64,000 bases of DNA from an uncultured Planctomycetia bacterium (GTDB lineage Bacteria; Omnitrophota; Gorgyraeia; CAYVEO01): contig CAYVEO010000006.1 of the NCBI GenBank assembly GCA_964449965.1, positions 308-64,307 of the forward strand, in the 5' to 3' direction. Under the pieces are notes generated by a model. The model was not told the DNA's origin. It saw nothing but the letters and a program-made list of their open reading frames with translations, and ran no database searches. The position numbers and the translations under genes were made by a program. Below, piece by piece: positions 1 through 9,877 of this stretch (positions are counted from its first letter, which is position 1; each line of letters starts with the position of its first letter).

Positions 1-197
1 GTACAGTCAGATGGATTGAAGGAGAAAACCAGTTTCACTGCCCCTGCCACGGCTCTTTCTTCACAAATGACGGCAAGGTAAAAGGAGGTCCTGCCCCAAG
101 ACCATTGGACTGTTTTGCAATGAGTCTAAGCCAGGATGGTGAACTGGTGGTTGATACGGCAAAGATTGTTGACAGGGAAACAAGGCTACAGGCATGA
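1..197 (+). CDS. petC: Rieske 2Fe-2S protein, C-terminal part (truncated by window edge)
   Basis: Frame starting at base 3 reads [20 protein letters not shown]...GGPAPRPLD (Rieske box II CPCHGS and GPAPRPL). TGA at 195-197 overlaps the ATG of cytochrome b. Not in the ORF track. Confidence 0.93.
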   Translation, partial: TVRWIEGENQFHCPCHGSFFTNDGKVKGGPAPRPLDCFAMSLSQDGELVVDTAKIVDRETRLQA

Positions 198-913
198 AAA
201 ATTTATTTGGCTTGTTAATAAATTCGCGCATCGGCAAATCCATATTCAGGCGTGACTTCTCGGATACTGAGAAAGACCGCTCTGAACGGGTTTATAATAA
301 TTTCTTCTTCCATATCTATCCCGTAAAGGTAGGGAAACACGGCGTTAAGACATGTTACACCTTTTGCTTAGGAGGAATAAGTTTTCTGTTATTTATCATC
401 CTGACTATTACTGGATTTTTACTCATGTTCTATTATCACCCGTCTGTCCCCAGGGCATACGAGGATATGAAGGATATACAATATGTAGTGTCATCAGGGA
501 TTTTCTTGAGGAATATGCACAGGTGGTCTGCGCACCTCATGGTCCTGACAGTCTTTTTACATCTATGCCGTGTATTTTTTACCGCATCTTATCGTCCGCC
601 GAGAGAATTTAACTGGATAGTTGGCGTCTTGCTGCTCGTCCTGACGTTAGGCTTGAGTTTCACGGGATATTTACTACCATGGGACCAACTCTCTTACTGG
701 GCTATTACGGTTGGGACCACAATGGCAGGCTATGCACCGATGATAGGTAATAAGATGAGGTTCTTGCTCCTCGGAGGAAATGTGGTAAACGAGAATGCAT
801 TATTAAGATTTTATGTCTTACACTGTATCTTGCTTCCTGCCTTGATTGTTGTCCTCATGGGGATCCATTTCTGGAGGGTAAGGAAGGATGGAGGGATATC
901 TAAGCCGTTGTAA
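194..913 (+). CDS. petB: Cytochrome b6-type (split cytochrome b, N-terminal subunit) of a Rieske/b complex
   Basis: FCLGG (heme ci Cys), [11 protein letters not shown]...[25 protein letters not shown]...[15 protein letters not shown]. Confidence 0.95.
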   Translation: MKNLFGLLINSRIGKSIFRRDFSDTEKDRSERVYNNFFFHIYPVKVGKHGVKTCYTFCLGGISFLLFIILTITGFLLMFYYHPSVPRAYEDMKDIQYVVSSGIFLRNMHRWSAHLMVLTVFLHLCRVFFTASYRPPREFNWIVGVLLLVLTLGLSFTGYLLPWDQLSYWAITVGTTMAGYAPMIGNKMRFLLLGGNVVNENALLRFYVLHCILLPALIVVLMGIHFWRVRKDGGISKPL

Positions 914-1629
914 TGGAAGATAAAACAAAAGAATCTAACGAAATATTTCCCAAAGACCCTGACAAGACCTATGGTCTTATGGAAGTGGTAAAGGGAACAA
1001 CGCCGCTCGTTGAAAAAGAGCCGGAAGATACAATCTTTACCTTCCCATGGCTTATCATAAAAGAGGTAATCTGCTGTTTTCTCGTAATAGCCGCTTTAGC
1101 AATTATCTCCATCTATTTTGACGCCCCTCTGGAAGAATTGGCAAATCCATCTAAGACGCCCAATCCTGCCAAGGCGCCATGGTATTTCCTGGGATTACAA
1201 GAGATGCTGCATTACTTCCCGCCTGTTGTGGCAGGTGTGTTATTGCCTACGTTAATCGTTATAGCACTTATAGTAATCCCATACTTTGAGATTAATATAA
1301 AGAGGGAAGGACTATGGAAAAAAAACAGGGAACCAACACTATTGCTCCTATTCTTGAGTGTCCTGGCAGTATCCATATTCTTATGGCGATTCCACGTCTG
1401 GCCTGTCATCATTCCCACGTGGCTTATTACAGTTCTTATGCTTATCCCTCTCTTTTTACATAAAGAGAAAGGCATAATAGGATGGTTCTCGAAAAGGAGT
1501 CTTGCTGAATGGATAATGGCATGGTTCATTCTTGTGGCGTTTACTTTGACTATTATAGGGATATTCTTCCGCGGACCTGGATGGGAATGGGTCTGGCCAT
1601 GGAAGGAAGGGCTATACTATAGTTTATGA
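913..1629 (+). CDS. petD: Cytochrome b subunit IV-like protein
   Basis: ANPSKTPNPAKAPWYFLG (PEWY-equivalent Qo loop), several TM helices, C-terminal FRGPGW, directly after cytochrome b6. Confidence 0.88.
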   Translation: MEDKTKESNEIFPKDPDKTYGLMEVVKGTTPLVEKEPEDTIFTFPWLIIKEVICCFLVIAALAIISIYFDAPLEELANPSKTPNPAKAPWYFLGLQEMLHYFPPVVAGVLLPTLIVIALIVIPYFEINIKREGLWKKNREPTLLLLFLSVLAVSIFLWRFHVWPVIIPTWLITVLMLIPLFLHKEKGIIGWFSKRSLAEWIMAWFILVAFTLTIIGIFFRGPGWEWVWPWKEGLYYSL

Positions 1630-2408
1630 ATAACGAGATTAAATTATGGACATGGTTTGGTATAACAGGGATAATCTGTCTTGTCACACTCGCAGTCTCA
1701 CCTGCCAAGGACTATTTTAAGGAGTGGAAAAGATACCAGAAGGTTTTTTATGAAAAGGTCCAAATGGGAAATAGCCATATCGCCGTAAAACAGATAGTCG
1801 TTGATGAATTAGGAAAGGTTGACAGGTGTGTAACATGCCATCTTGGCGTGGAAGACCCAAATCTCAAAACCGAAGAGAATCCTTATAAATATCATACTAA
1901 CCATGGACGGCATCCCTTTGAAAGGTTTGGGTGCACCATCTGTCATGAAGGGCAGGGCAGGGCAACTACTGTCAGGGATGCACATGGCTATAATAAACAT
2001 TGGGAAAAACCTATGCTGCCTTTATATTATATTCAAGCCTCATGCGGCAAGTGCCATTTTGAGACCGAATTAAAAGGAGCAACCCTTTTGACAGAGGGCA
2101 GAAGATTATATAAAGAAAAGTCCTGTGACCTCTGTCACAAGATTGGAGGGATTGGAGAAAGCGTTGGACCTGAGATTACTTACGAAGGTTCCAAAACGAT
2201 AGATGATTTTAACTTTGGGAATGACATGGATATTGAACGGACCCCGTGGGCATGGCACTTTGCCCATTTAAAGAACCCGCAGATTTTTGACCCAAACTCT
2301 CAGATGCCAAATCTTGAGTTATCAGATGAAGAGGCGAAGGCGCTGACTGTCTATATACTCAGTCTTACCAAAGAAAAGATTCCTTATGAATACAGGAGAG
2401 GACTATGA
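1626..2408 (+). CDS. Membrane-anchored tetraheme cytochrome c subunit of the Rieske/b complex
   Basis: N-terminal TM/signal; CVTCH, CTICH, CGKCH, CDLCH; C-terminal class I-like domain (GP...HLKNP...SQMP). Confidence 0.88.
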   Translation: MNNEIKLWTWFGITGIICLVTLAVSPAKDYFKEWKRYQKVFYEKVQMGNSHIAVKQIVVDELGKVDRCVTCHLGVEDPNLKTEENPYKYHTNHGRHPFERFGCTICHEGQGRATTVRDAHGYNKHWEKPMLPLYYIQASCGKCHFETELKGATLLTEGRRLYKEKSCDLCHKIGGIGESVGPEITYEGSKTIDDFNFGNDMDIERTPWAWHFAHLKNPQIFDPNSQMPNLELSDEEAKALTVYILSLTKEKIPYEYRRGL

Positions 2409-3550
2409 TGAAAAGTTTTGTATTTAGTATGGTCTTATATTTATTATTCGCTGCAAATAGTTATGTAATTGCAGCAGAAGATGTGGATTATAAAATAGAA
2501 GAATCTAACTATACATCAAGCCTTGTCTGCGGGAAGTGCCATGAGGCGATTTATAGTAAGTGGAAGAACTCTATGCATGCACAATCCATCCTTGACCCCA
2601 TTTTTAATCTGGCTTATATGCAGGCTGTCCAGGAGTCAGGTGAAGAGGCAAAAAAATTATGCCTGAGCTGTCATGCCCCGGCTGTCAGGGCAAATAATGA
2701 CTATGAATTAAATAAGGCGATTACTAACGAAGGCATCATGTGTGATTTCTGCCATACCGTTAAAGGGGTGGATTTGAATAATCAGGAGAACCCTTACATT
2801 ATAGATGTGGGTGAGGTTAAAAGGAGCACCATAAAGGATGCAGAGTCTCCTGTCCATAAAGTGGAACATTCAGAATTACATGCGAGGTCAGAATTTTGTG
2901 CCGGCTGCCACGAATTTAATAAGGATAAGGTTACCATAATAGGGACTTATAGCGAATGGAAGGAAGGACCGTATTCAAAAGAAGGCGTTCAATGTCAGGA
3001 TTGCCACATGCCGGCAATTAAGGGTTTGATAGTAAGGTCAGACATAAAGGAGGTTACGGGTGAGATTAATTTACACGATTTACAAGGGGGCCATTCAGTA
3101 GAACAACTTCGTAAGGCAATGAGGGTCAGGATAGTAGATACGGCACGGTCCGGCGACGGGGTCACGGTCAAGGTGGAGATAACAAATATTGGTTCAGGTC
3201 ATACGGTCCCTACAGGGCTGCCATCAAGGGAATTAGTTCTACAGATGATAGTCAAAGACTCAAAGGGAAGGATTATATCACGGGATGAGAAGATATACAA
3301 GAAGGTATTGGCAGATGAGAATGGAAATGAACTAAAGAAGGACCATGAGTTTTTCTTAAAAGGCAGGACCATACTTTCAGATAACAGGATTAAACCCCGC
3401 GAGACTAAGGAAACGGTATTTTATTTTTCCTATCCGAAACGTGAGGAATTGTCTGTTGAGACAAAACTTTTCTACCGCTATGAGCCAGAGGTTATTTCAA
3501 CACAGGAGATGTTCATTGAGATGGGGGGTGATAGCAGGGTAATTAGATAA
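2405..3550 (+). CDS. Periplasmic pentaheme cytochrome c (c554/c552-like N-terminus, beta-sandwich C-terminus)
   Basis: Signal peptide; CGKCH, CLSCH, CDFCH, CAGCH, CQDCH; W..S.HA and GH.VPTG motifs. Confidence 0.88.
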   Translation: MMKSFVFSMVLYLLFAANSYVIAAEDVDYKIEESNYTSSLVCGKCHEAIYSKWKNSMHAQSILDPIFNLAYMQAVQESGEEAKKLCLSCHAPAVRANNDYELNKAITNEGIMCDFCHTVKGVDLNNQENPYIIDVGEVKRSTIKDAESPVHKVEHSELHARSEFCAGCHEFNKDKVTIIGTYSEWKEGPYSKEGVQCQDCHMPAIKGLIVRSDIKEVTGEINLHDLQGGHSVEQLRKAMRVRIVDTARSGDGVTVKVEITNIGSGHTVPTGLPSRELVLQMIVKDSKGRIISRDEKIYKKVLADENGNELKKDHEFFLKGRTILSDNRIKPRETKETVFYFSYPKREELSVETKLFYRYEPEVISTQEMFIEMGGDSRVIR

Positions 3551-3553
3551 AGA

Positions 3554-3584
3554 AGTTTACAGTTTACAGTTAACAGTTTACAGT
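3554..3584. repeat. Heptamer tandem repeat (AGTTTAC)n, second copy at 33386-33410
   Basis: agtttac agtttac agttaac agtttac agt; at 33386 agttgac agttaac agtttac agtt. Confidence 0.8.
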
Positions 3585-3603
3585 ATAAGAAGAGGGGGAA
3601 AAT

Positions 3604-4104
3604 ATGAATAAGGTTTGGTTTGGTTTGGCTGTTGTTGGGGTAATTGGGGTATTTGTCACTCGTGGTAATGCAGAAGAGTCCCATAAGTATATAGGGGTAA
3701 AGAAGTGTAAGATGTGTCATATGCAGCAATATAAGATCTGGGAAGGGTTAAAGATGGCGAAGGCATTAGACCTGTTAAAGGCTGAGAATAATACGAGAAC
3801 CAAAAAAGATGAGACCCAGAACCCGGAATGTATCAAATGTCACGTAACAGGTTTTGGTAAAGGCGGCTATGAGATTGGTAAAGCTGACCCGGACCTTGCC
3901 AATGTCCAGTGCGAGGCATGCCATGGACCCGGCAGCGACTACGGGAAGATGGATGTTATGAAGGATAAGGAGAAATCAACCGCAACAGGACTTGTGATTC
4001 CAACTGAGGCTACCTGTAAGGAATGTCATACGCCCGAGTTTAGCCCGGACTTTGATTTTGCAAAGGCATACAAGGAGATAGACCACAAAAAGAAAACAGA
4101 ATAA
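3604..4104 (+). CDS. Tetraheme cytochrome c554-like periplasmic cytochrome
   Basis: Signal peptide; YIGVKKCKMCH, CIKCH, VQCEACHGPGS, CKECH. Confidence 0.9.
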   Translation: MNKVWFGLAVVGVIGVFVTRGNAEESHKYIGVKKCKMCHMQQYKIWEGLKMAKALDLLKAENNTRTKKDETQNPECIKCHVTGFGKGGYEIGKADPDLANVQCEACHGPGSDYGKMDVMKDKEKSTATGLVIPTEATCKECHTPEFSPDFDFAKAYKEIDHKKKTE

Positions 4105-4133
4105 GTAATAAGGTGTACAGGAATTTCAAAATT

Positions 4134-4199
4134 GAGATTCTTCGGCTACGCCTCAGAATGACAATACAATAATGTCACTTTGAGCGTAGCGAAGAGTCT
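4134..4199. repeat. REP-like imperfect inverted doublet
   Basis: gagattcttcggctacgcctcagaatgaca (4134-4163) is nearly the reverse complement of tgtcactttgagcgtagcgaagagtct (4173-4199). Confidence 0.7.
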
Positions 4200-4218
4200 A
4201 ATTAAAGGAATCAATTAT

Positions 4219-5298
4219 TTGAAAAAATCCTCAAACTGGCTTACCAATAATCCCATCTGGAAGTTTTTCTCTTCTATAAATGCAGGGATAACGCTGCTTT
4301 CTATTATTGCAATCGCCTCCTGCATAGGAACTATTATCCCGCAGGATTTAACTAAGGATGAATATTTATCTAAATATAGCCGTGAAGCATACGATATTCT
4401 AAATGCGTTTAAACTTACAACATTGTTCCATTCATGGTGGTTCATCACATTATTAGTCCTCTTGATACTGAACCTCGCGGTAGCAACCATCAATAGGTTT
4501 TCCTTTAAACTGAAATCAATCGGTTTTTTAATCACGCATTCCAGTATAATAATTATCATAATTGGTGCTATCATAGGAAATGTTAATGGAGAGAGAGGCT
4601 TCTTATGGCTCAAAGAAGGGGAAACCAAATCCACGTTCTCTATAGGGGATGTTTCCAGGAAATTGAATTTTAACCTTCGCCTGAAAGACTTTATATTAGA
4701 GCACTATAACTCTGATTCCCAGAAAATTACAGTGAGCGTAGTCAAGGAAGGGAAGAGTTTTGAATACGTATATCCGGTAGAGATAGGAAAGGAATACAAC
4801 GTTCAGGGTACGGATTATAAAATCAAGATGCTTCGTTACGTACCGGATTTCGTAATAGATATTGAGACTAAGGAGGCCGTAACCAGAACAGATGAGCCTA
4901 ATAATCCCGCCTTACAGGTTGAAATTATTTCACCTGAAGGTAACGTCTCTAACAGATGGCTTTTTGCCAGATACCCTGGTATGCATGGTGATAAGGAAAA
5001 GGATATAGAAATTGTATATCACTGGGCACAAGAGAGAATAAAGGATTTCAAGAGTGAACTGGAAGTATTAGAAGGAGATAGGCTCGTCCAATCTAAAATG
5101 ATAGAGGTAAACCATCCCTTAGAGTATAAGGGCTATGTCTTCTATCAGGCAAGTTACAATCCTCAGGATTTGACTGTTACAGGACTTCAGGTAACAAAAG
5201 ACCCCGGCGTGCCTGTGGTTTATACGGGGTTTATTATGTTAGTGGGGGGATTAGTAGTTGTGTTCTATATAAATCCATTGCTGAGAATAAAAAAATGA
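4219..5298 (+). CDS. resB: Cytochrome c biogenesis protein ResB/CcsB (system II)
   Basis: FFSS...GTIIPQ, HSWWF, GFLITH, EVNHPLEYKGY.FYQASY, KDPGVPVVYTGF. Start moved to TTG 4219 (aaagga RBS) because the ORF-track start 4180 lies inside the REP. Confidence 0.92.
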   Translation: MKKSSNWLTNNPIWKFFSSINAGITLLSIIAIASCIGTIIPQDLTKDEYLSKYSREAYDILNAFKLTTLFHSWWFITLLVLLILNLAVATINRFSFKLKSIGFLITHSSIIIIIIGAIIGNVNGERGFLWLKEGETKSTFSIGDVSRKLNFNLRLKDFILEHYNSDSQKITVSVVKEGKSFEYVYPVEIGKEYNVQGTDYKIKMLRYVPDFVIDIETKEAVTRTDEPNNPALQVEIISPEGNVSNRWLFARYPGMHGDKEKDIEIVYHWAQERIKDFKSELEVLEGDRLVQSKMIEVNHPLEYKGYVFYQASYNPQDLTVTGLQVTKDPGVPVVYTGFIMLVGGLVVVFYINPLLRIKK

Positions 5299-5320
5299 TA
5301 AAAAGGAGCGTGGCAATCTC

Positions 5321-6301
5321 ATGTTCATCAACCTAACGTTTGCAGGTTATTTTTTAGCACTCATAGTTTACAGTATAAGTTTATTCGTAAAGAAAAAGTT
5401 AGTATCTAACGGTGCAGTGGCATTATACATCCTTGGTTTTATTTTCAACACTATCGTTATTATAAGAAGATGGCAGGAAGGGGGACGTCCACCTTTTTCC
5501 AATATGTATGAGTCACTTCTTCTGCTCGCATGGGCAATAACATTGGTTTATCTGGTGTTTGATTTTATTTATAACCTGAAGGCGTTAGGAACATTTGCTG
5601 CATTATCTTCTTTGGTATTTCTTGGCTATACATCTCTATTAGATAGTTCTATAGAGCCGTTAGTGCCGGCCCTTCAGTCAAATTGGCTTACTATACACGT
5701 TGTAGCCCTCTTTATATCTTATGCAGCCTTTGCCGTATCGTACGTGGCAGCAGTTGTATATCTTATCAAGAGAAAAGGCATAGAGGCAGGACTGGCTATA
5801 TACTCAATGTGCCTGATGGCAGTTGGGCCAATCTTGATATTTGAACTTGCCAGAAGCGGACACTTAGGACAATGGACTCAAAACGTAGGATGGATTATAC
5901 TGTTGGGATTGATTGATGCGGCAATATCATTGATATTGTGGGCACCTCTTTATTTTATAATAAGGTTCCTGAAAATAGAAGACCATATACCAGAAGAGGG
6001 TCTATTGGACAATGCCGTATATAAATCTGTCGCCTTTGGTTTTCCATTCCTTGCCTTTGGAATTATTGCGGGTGCAGTATGGGCAAATAAGGCATGGGGA
6101 AGATACTGGGGATGGGACCCAAAGGAGACATGGTCGTTTATCACGCTCCTCGTCTATGCCATATACCTGCACCTCAGGTATGTAAGGGGATGGAAGGGAA
6201 GGAAGGCAAATTGGTTCAGCATCATAGGATTCCTGGTGGTGATAATTACGTTCATAGGGGTGAATTATATTATTTCAGGGTTACACAGTTATGCGGAATG
6301 A
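5321..6301 (+). CDS. ccsA: Cytochrome c biogenesis protein CcsA/ResC (system II), copy 1
   Basis: WWD domain GAVWANKAWGRYWGWDPKETW; PALQSNWLTIH; C-terminal GLHSY. Confidence 0.96.
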   Translation: MFINLTFAGYFLALIVYSISLFVKKKLVSNGAVALYILGFIFNTIVIIRRWQEGGRPPFSNMYESLLLLAWAITLVYLVFDFIYNLKALGTFAALSSLVFLGYTSLLDSSIEPLVPALQSNWLTIHVVALFISYAAFAVSYVAAVVYLIKRKGIEAGLAIYSMCLMAVGPILIFELARSGHLGQWTQNVGWIILLGLIDAAISLILWAPLYFIIRFLKIEDHIPEEGLLDNAVYKSVAFGFPFLAFGIIAGAVWANKAWGRYWGWDPKETWSFITLLVYAIYLHLRYVRGWKGRKANWFSIIGFLVVIITFIGVNYIISGLHSYAE

Positions 6302-6302
6302 T

Positions 6303-6356
6303 AAAGTAAGCATATTTGCACAAAAGATGCCTCTTCAAGACAAATATGCCTACTTT
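6303..6356. repeat. Short palindromic element, internally deleted relative of the 12701-12856 element
   Basis: Arms aaagtaagcatatttg / caaatatgcctacttt; core gcacaaaagatgcctcttcaag-caaatatgcct shared with 12816-12849. Confidence 0.8.
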
Positions 6357-6752
6357 TTACATATAAATGTGATGTTCGTTGTCCTTTCTCTTTTAAATTT
6401 AACTGTCGCGGGCTGCGAAAAGGGTCCAGGGTCTATAAAACTTATCATCCGTCACATAGAAAACAAGGATTTTGCAGAGGAGCATGTTGTGAAATTCGGG
6501 GAAGATTTTTTTATCTCAGATACAGACTATTCTGCTAAGGTGATTAAATTCATTCCGGACTTCGTGATGAATGAAAAAACAAAAAAGGTGTCTTCTCGTT
6601 CTAAGAAACCGAATAACCCTGCGGTCATGGTGAGGGTGTATTATAAGGGCAAGTTTTTGTATGACTCATGGGTATTGCAAAAGGCTGATACTATCCACTA
6701 TGTCCGAAAACCAGGTTTCTATTTTGAGTTTATTGGATTGGAGACTAAATGA
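6327..6752 (+). CDS. Putative lipoprotein resembling the periplasmic insert of the upstream ResB
   Basis: Lipobox VAGC. FIPDFVMNEKTKKVSSRSKKPNNPAV aligns with ResB YVPDFVIDIETKEAVTRTDEPNNPAL. Start is 6291 or 6327. Confidence 0.72.
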   Translation: MPLQDKYAYFLHINVMFVVLSLLNLTVAGCEKGPGSIKLIIRHIENKDFAEEHVVKFGEDFFISDTDYSAKVIKFIPDFVMNEKTKKVSSRSKKPNNPAVMVRVYYKGKFLYDSWVLQKADTIHYVRKPGFYFEFIGLETK

Positions 6753-9700
6753 GTTGCAGAAAGACGTTACTAATAACGATTGCTTTTTCTCTTATTTTTG
6801 CAATATCTTCTGACGATGGATTTGCTGCCAGGCGTGCAAAAAAGAAAGAATGTCTGGAATGTCATGCCGAGAAAAAACCGCAGCTTAAGGAAAAGTTTGT
6901 TCACAAACCTTTCTCAAAGAAGGAATGCCTTAAGTGTCATGAAACCCATGGGTTTACCAATGCCCTTAAATTAAAGAAATGGGATGCAGAACTTTGTTTT
7001 GACTGCCATTCTGACAAAAAAGGAGAGTTTACCAAATCTCACGTCCACCCGGCAATTACCAAAGGCAGGTGCTGGGACTGCCATGACCCGCATGCCTCTT
7101 CCAATCCTAAATTGCTTGTCAAGACAGACAGTGACCTGTGCTACGCTTGCCATAGTAAAGAAAAGACGGAATTTGCAAAGGAGAATATTCACCCTCTGGT
7201 GAAGGACGGCAAATGTTTGACCTGCCATATGCCTCATTCTTCAGAGAATGAATCACAATTGAGGAATACCGGCAATGGAAATTGCACCTCATGTCATGAG
7301 ACAGCAAAGGAAGAATTTGTCTCAGCCCACGCAGGGTATGATGCGGGAAAAATCAACTGCACAGACTGCCACAACCCGCATTCATCCAGTCATAAGAAAC
7401 TTTTTAAGGAAAGTGTGCATGTGCCTGTATCAGAGAAGAAGTGTGATACCTGCCATGATGCTGTTAGTTCCGAAGAGCCTCTTCGCTTAAAGATTCCCGG
7501 AAACCGGTTATGCACTATATGCCATTTAGACAAAGAGAAGGATTTAGGGAAAAAGCACGTTCATGCGCCTTTTTCATCAGGTCCGTGTTTAGACTGCCAT
7601 ACGCCGCATGCCTCTGGTAATAAAGATTTGCTTATTAAAAAAGAAAAAGACGTATGTCTATCCTGCCACGATACAGAAAAATCCCAGATGAAGTTGGCAC
7701 ATACCCATACGCCTTTCAGGGACGGGGAGTGCAGTTCCTGTCATAATCCGCATGCAAGTAATGAAGAAAAACTTCTTTCCGATTCTGCGGATAAATTATG
7801 TTTCTCATGCCATAAGGCAGAAGAAGAAAGGTTAAAAAGTTCTCATACCCATAAGCCTTTCAAAGAAGGGGAGTGTCTTTCATGTCATAACCCTCATGCC
7901 TCAGAGAATAATTATCAGTTGATAAAGGTTGGAAAGGAACTATGTCTAAAGTGCCATACGGTAACAGAAGAGAAAAAGAAAAAATATACACATGACCCGT
8001 TTCAGATAGGCGATTGCAGCAGCTGCCATGACAGTCATGCGAGTGACTTTGATGGTCAGTTAAAGAAGGCAGATGGTGAAGTATGTTACACATGCCATAA
8101 AAATGAAATGGAGGAGCTATCAAAGAAACACCCTCATACACCTGCAAAAGAAGGTAAATGTCTGGGCTGCCATAAGCCGCATTCATCAGACGAAAGAAAT
8201 CTTCTAACTACTTCTCCTGATAACCTATGCTATACCTGTCACAGTGCCTTAGTCCAAAAATTTACCAAGAAGCACATCCATAAGCCGGTTCAGGAAAAAG
8301 ATTGCCTGAAATGCCATAACCCGCATTCAGGGGATAATAAGTTCCAGGTAAAGAAGGAGGGTGCTGACCTTTGCTTTTCATGCCATGCAGGAATAGAATC
8401 ACAATTCAAGAAAGAATCTGTCCATTTTCCTGTCAAACAGGGAAGGTGCAGTACCTGTCATAACTCTCATGCTTCAGAAGAGGCGCTCTTGCTGAATAAT
8501 CCTTTATCCAAATTATGCTCTACATGTCACGTCCAGGATAAAAAGTTTCAGGATGCACATTTAAACTTTGCGGTAGAAGCAGCAGATTGTTTAGGATGCC
8601 ATAATCCCCATGCCTCAGATGCTAAGAAGGGCCTTCCAAATGAGTATATCCATCCGCCTTATGAAAAGAAAGACTGTAAGACCTGCCATGAGGAAGAAAA
8701 TGGATTGGCTAAGACGGCGTTAAAAAAGGATATTGCCCGGGTATGCTTAAGTTGTCATACCAGCGAGAAAGAGATATTTACGAAAGACGTTGTCCACACG
8801 CCATTCAAGGAAGGCAAGTGCCCCACATGTCATAATCCACATACTTCCAAAAACAAATCCCTGATGAAGGATACAGGGAGCCAATTGTGTTTTAACTGCC
8901 ATAAAGATAAACTCAAGGAGTTTTCAAAGGGATATGCACATACGCCTGTCCAAGAGGGTAAATGCACAGGCTGTCACCAGGCTCATGGCTCTGGTGATAA
9001 AGCCTTGTTGACAAATACAGGGGCTAAATTATGTTATACCTGCCATAAAGACTTTGAAAACCGCCTTAATAAACCTGTAGTTCATAATCCCGTGAAGAAA
9101 GGTGAATGCCTTACGTGCCACAGCCCTCACGTCTCAGATAATCCTGGCGGTATCAGGAAACCTGAAACAGAATTATGCCTGTCCTGCCATGATAGTTCGT
9201 CAGGTCCATTCAAATCTGCACATGCTACCTATCCGGTTGAAAAAGCCAAGTGCGTCACATGTCATGACCCCCATTCCTCTGACTCTAAAGGACTATTTCG
9301 TTCCCATCTCCATGCGCCTGTGGGCGAGAAGAAATGTAATTTATGCCATGCACCGGCTCAAGGAGTAAAGCCGTTCAGTCTGGTAAAGCCTGAGGATGAA
9401 CTTTGCTATAGTTGCCATGGTGATAAGGTCCAGGCATTTAAAAAGGGACACGTCCATGCACCGGTAGCGTCCGGAGGATGCACGACATGCCATGCCCCGC
9501 ATGCCTCAGATTATAAATTCCTGCTGGAAGATACCGGTGGTATGCAGTGTTTTAAATGCCATACAGAGGCAAAGAAAAAATTTGACGCCAAATACGTCCA
9601 TACCCCTGTAGCAAAGGGTGAATGCACATCCTGCCATAACCCGCACAGCACTGATTTTCCAAATCTTACAATGAAAGAGAGTATAGAACTATGTAACTCA

Positions 9701-9877
9701 TGCCATCCTACCCAGGGAACATTTGTCCATCCTGTGGGTGAAAAATATATAGACCCGAGGACAGGTTCTATGCTCACATGCCTCTCATGCCACAACCCGC
9801 ACGGGACAGAGAATGAATATGTCCTGTATTACAAGAAAGATAGGGAGTTGTGTATACAATGTCACAAGGTAGAGTAA
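6749..9877 (+). CDS. Giant 42-heme cytochrome c (doubled/paired CXXCH repeats)
   Basis: Signal peptide; 42 CxxCH motifs counted by hand in H.P...G.CxxCH.PH.S....LL......LCxxCH units. Confidence 0.95.
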   Translation: MSCRKTLLITIAFSLIFAISSDDGFAARRAKKKECLECHAEKKPQLKEKFVHKPFSKKECLKCHETHGFTNALKLKKWDAELCFDCHSDKKGEFTKSHVHPAITKGRCWDCHDPHASSNPKLLVKTDSDLCYACHSKEKTEFAKENIHPLVKDGKCLTCHMPHSSENESQLRNTGNGNCTSCHETAKEEFVSAHAGYDAGKINCTDCHNPHSSSHKKLFKESVHVPVSEKKCDTCHDAVSSEEPLRLKIPGNRLCTICHLDKEKDLGKKHVHAPFSSGPCLDCHTPHASGNKDLLIKKEKDVCLSCHDTEKSQMKLAHTHTPFRDGECSSCHNPHASNEEKLLSDSADKLCFSCHKAEEERLKSSHTHKPFKEGECLSCHNPHASENNYQLIKVGKELCLKCHTVTEEKKKKYTHDPFQIGDCSSCHDSHASDFDGQLKKADGEVCYTCHKNEMEELSKKHPHTPAKEGKCLGCHKPHSSDERNLLTTSPDNLCYTCHSALVQKFTKKHIHKPVQEKDCLKCHNPHSGDNKFQVKKEGADLCFSCHAGIESQFKKESVHFPVKQGRCSTCHNSHASEEALLLNNPLSKLCSTCHVQDKKFQDAHLNFAVEAADCLGCHNPHASDAKKGLPNEYIHPPYEKKDCKTCHEEENGLAKTALKKDIARVCLSCHTSEKEIFTKDVVHTPFKEGKCPTCHNPHTSKNKSLMKDTGSQLCFNCHKDKLKEFSKGYAHTPVQEGKCTGCHQAHGSGDKALLTNTGAKLCYTCHKDFENRLNKPVVHNPVKKGECLTCHSPHVSDNPGGIRKPETELCLSCHDSSSGPFKSAHATYPVEKAKCVTCHDPHSSDSKGLFRSHLHAPVGEKKCNLCHAPAQGVKPFSLVKPEDELCYSCHGDKVQAFKKGHVHAPVASGGCTTCHAPHASDYKFLLEDTGGMQCFKCHTEAKKKFDAKYVHTPVAKGECTSCHNPHSTDFPNLTMKESIELCNSCHPTQGTFVHPVGEKYIDPRTGSMLTCLSCHNPHGTENEYVLYYKKDRELCIQCHKVE

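Noticed and set aside
6749-9877. Periodic tgccat/tgtcat...ccgcat repeats resembling a CRISPR-like array
   Set aside because: They are codons for CxxCH.PH units inside one long ORF; there are no identical repeats with unique spacers and no cas genes.
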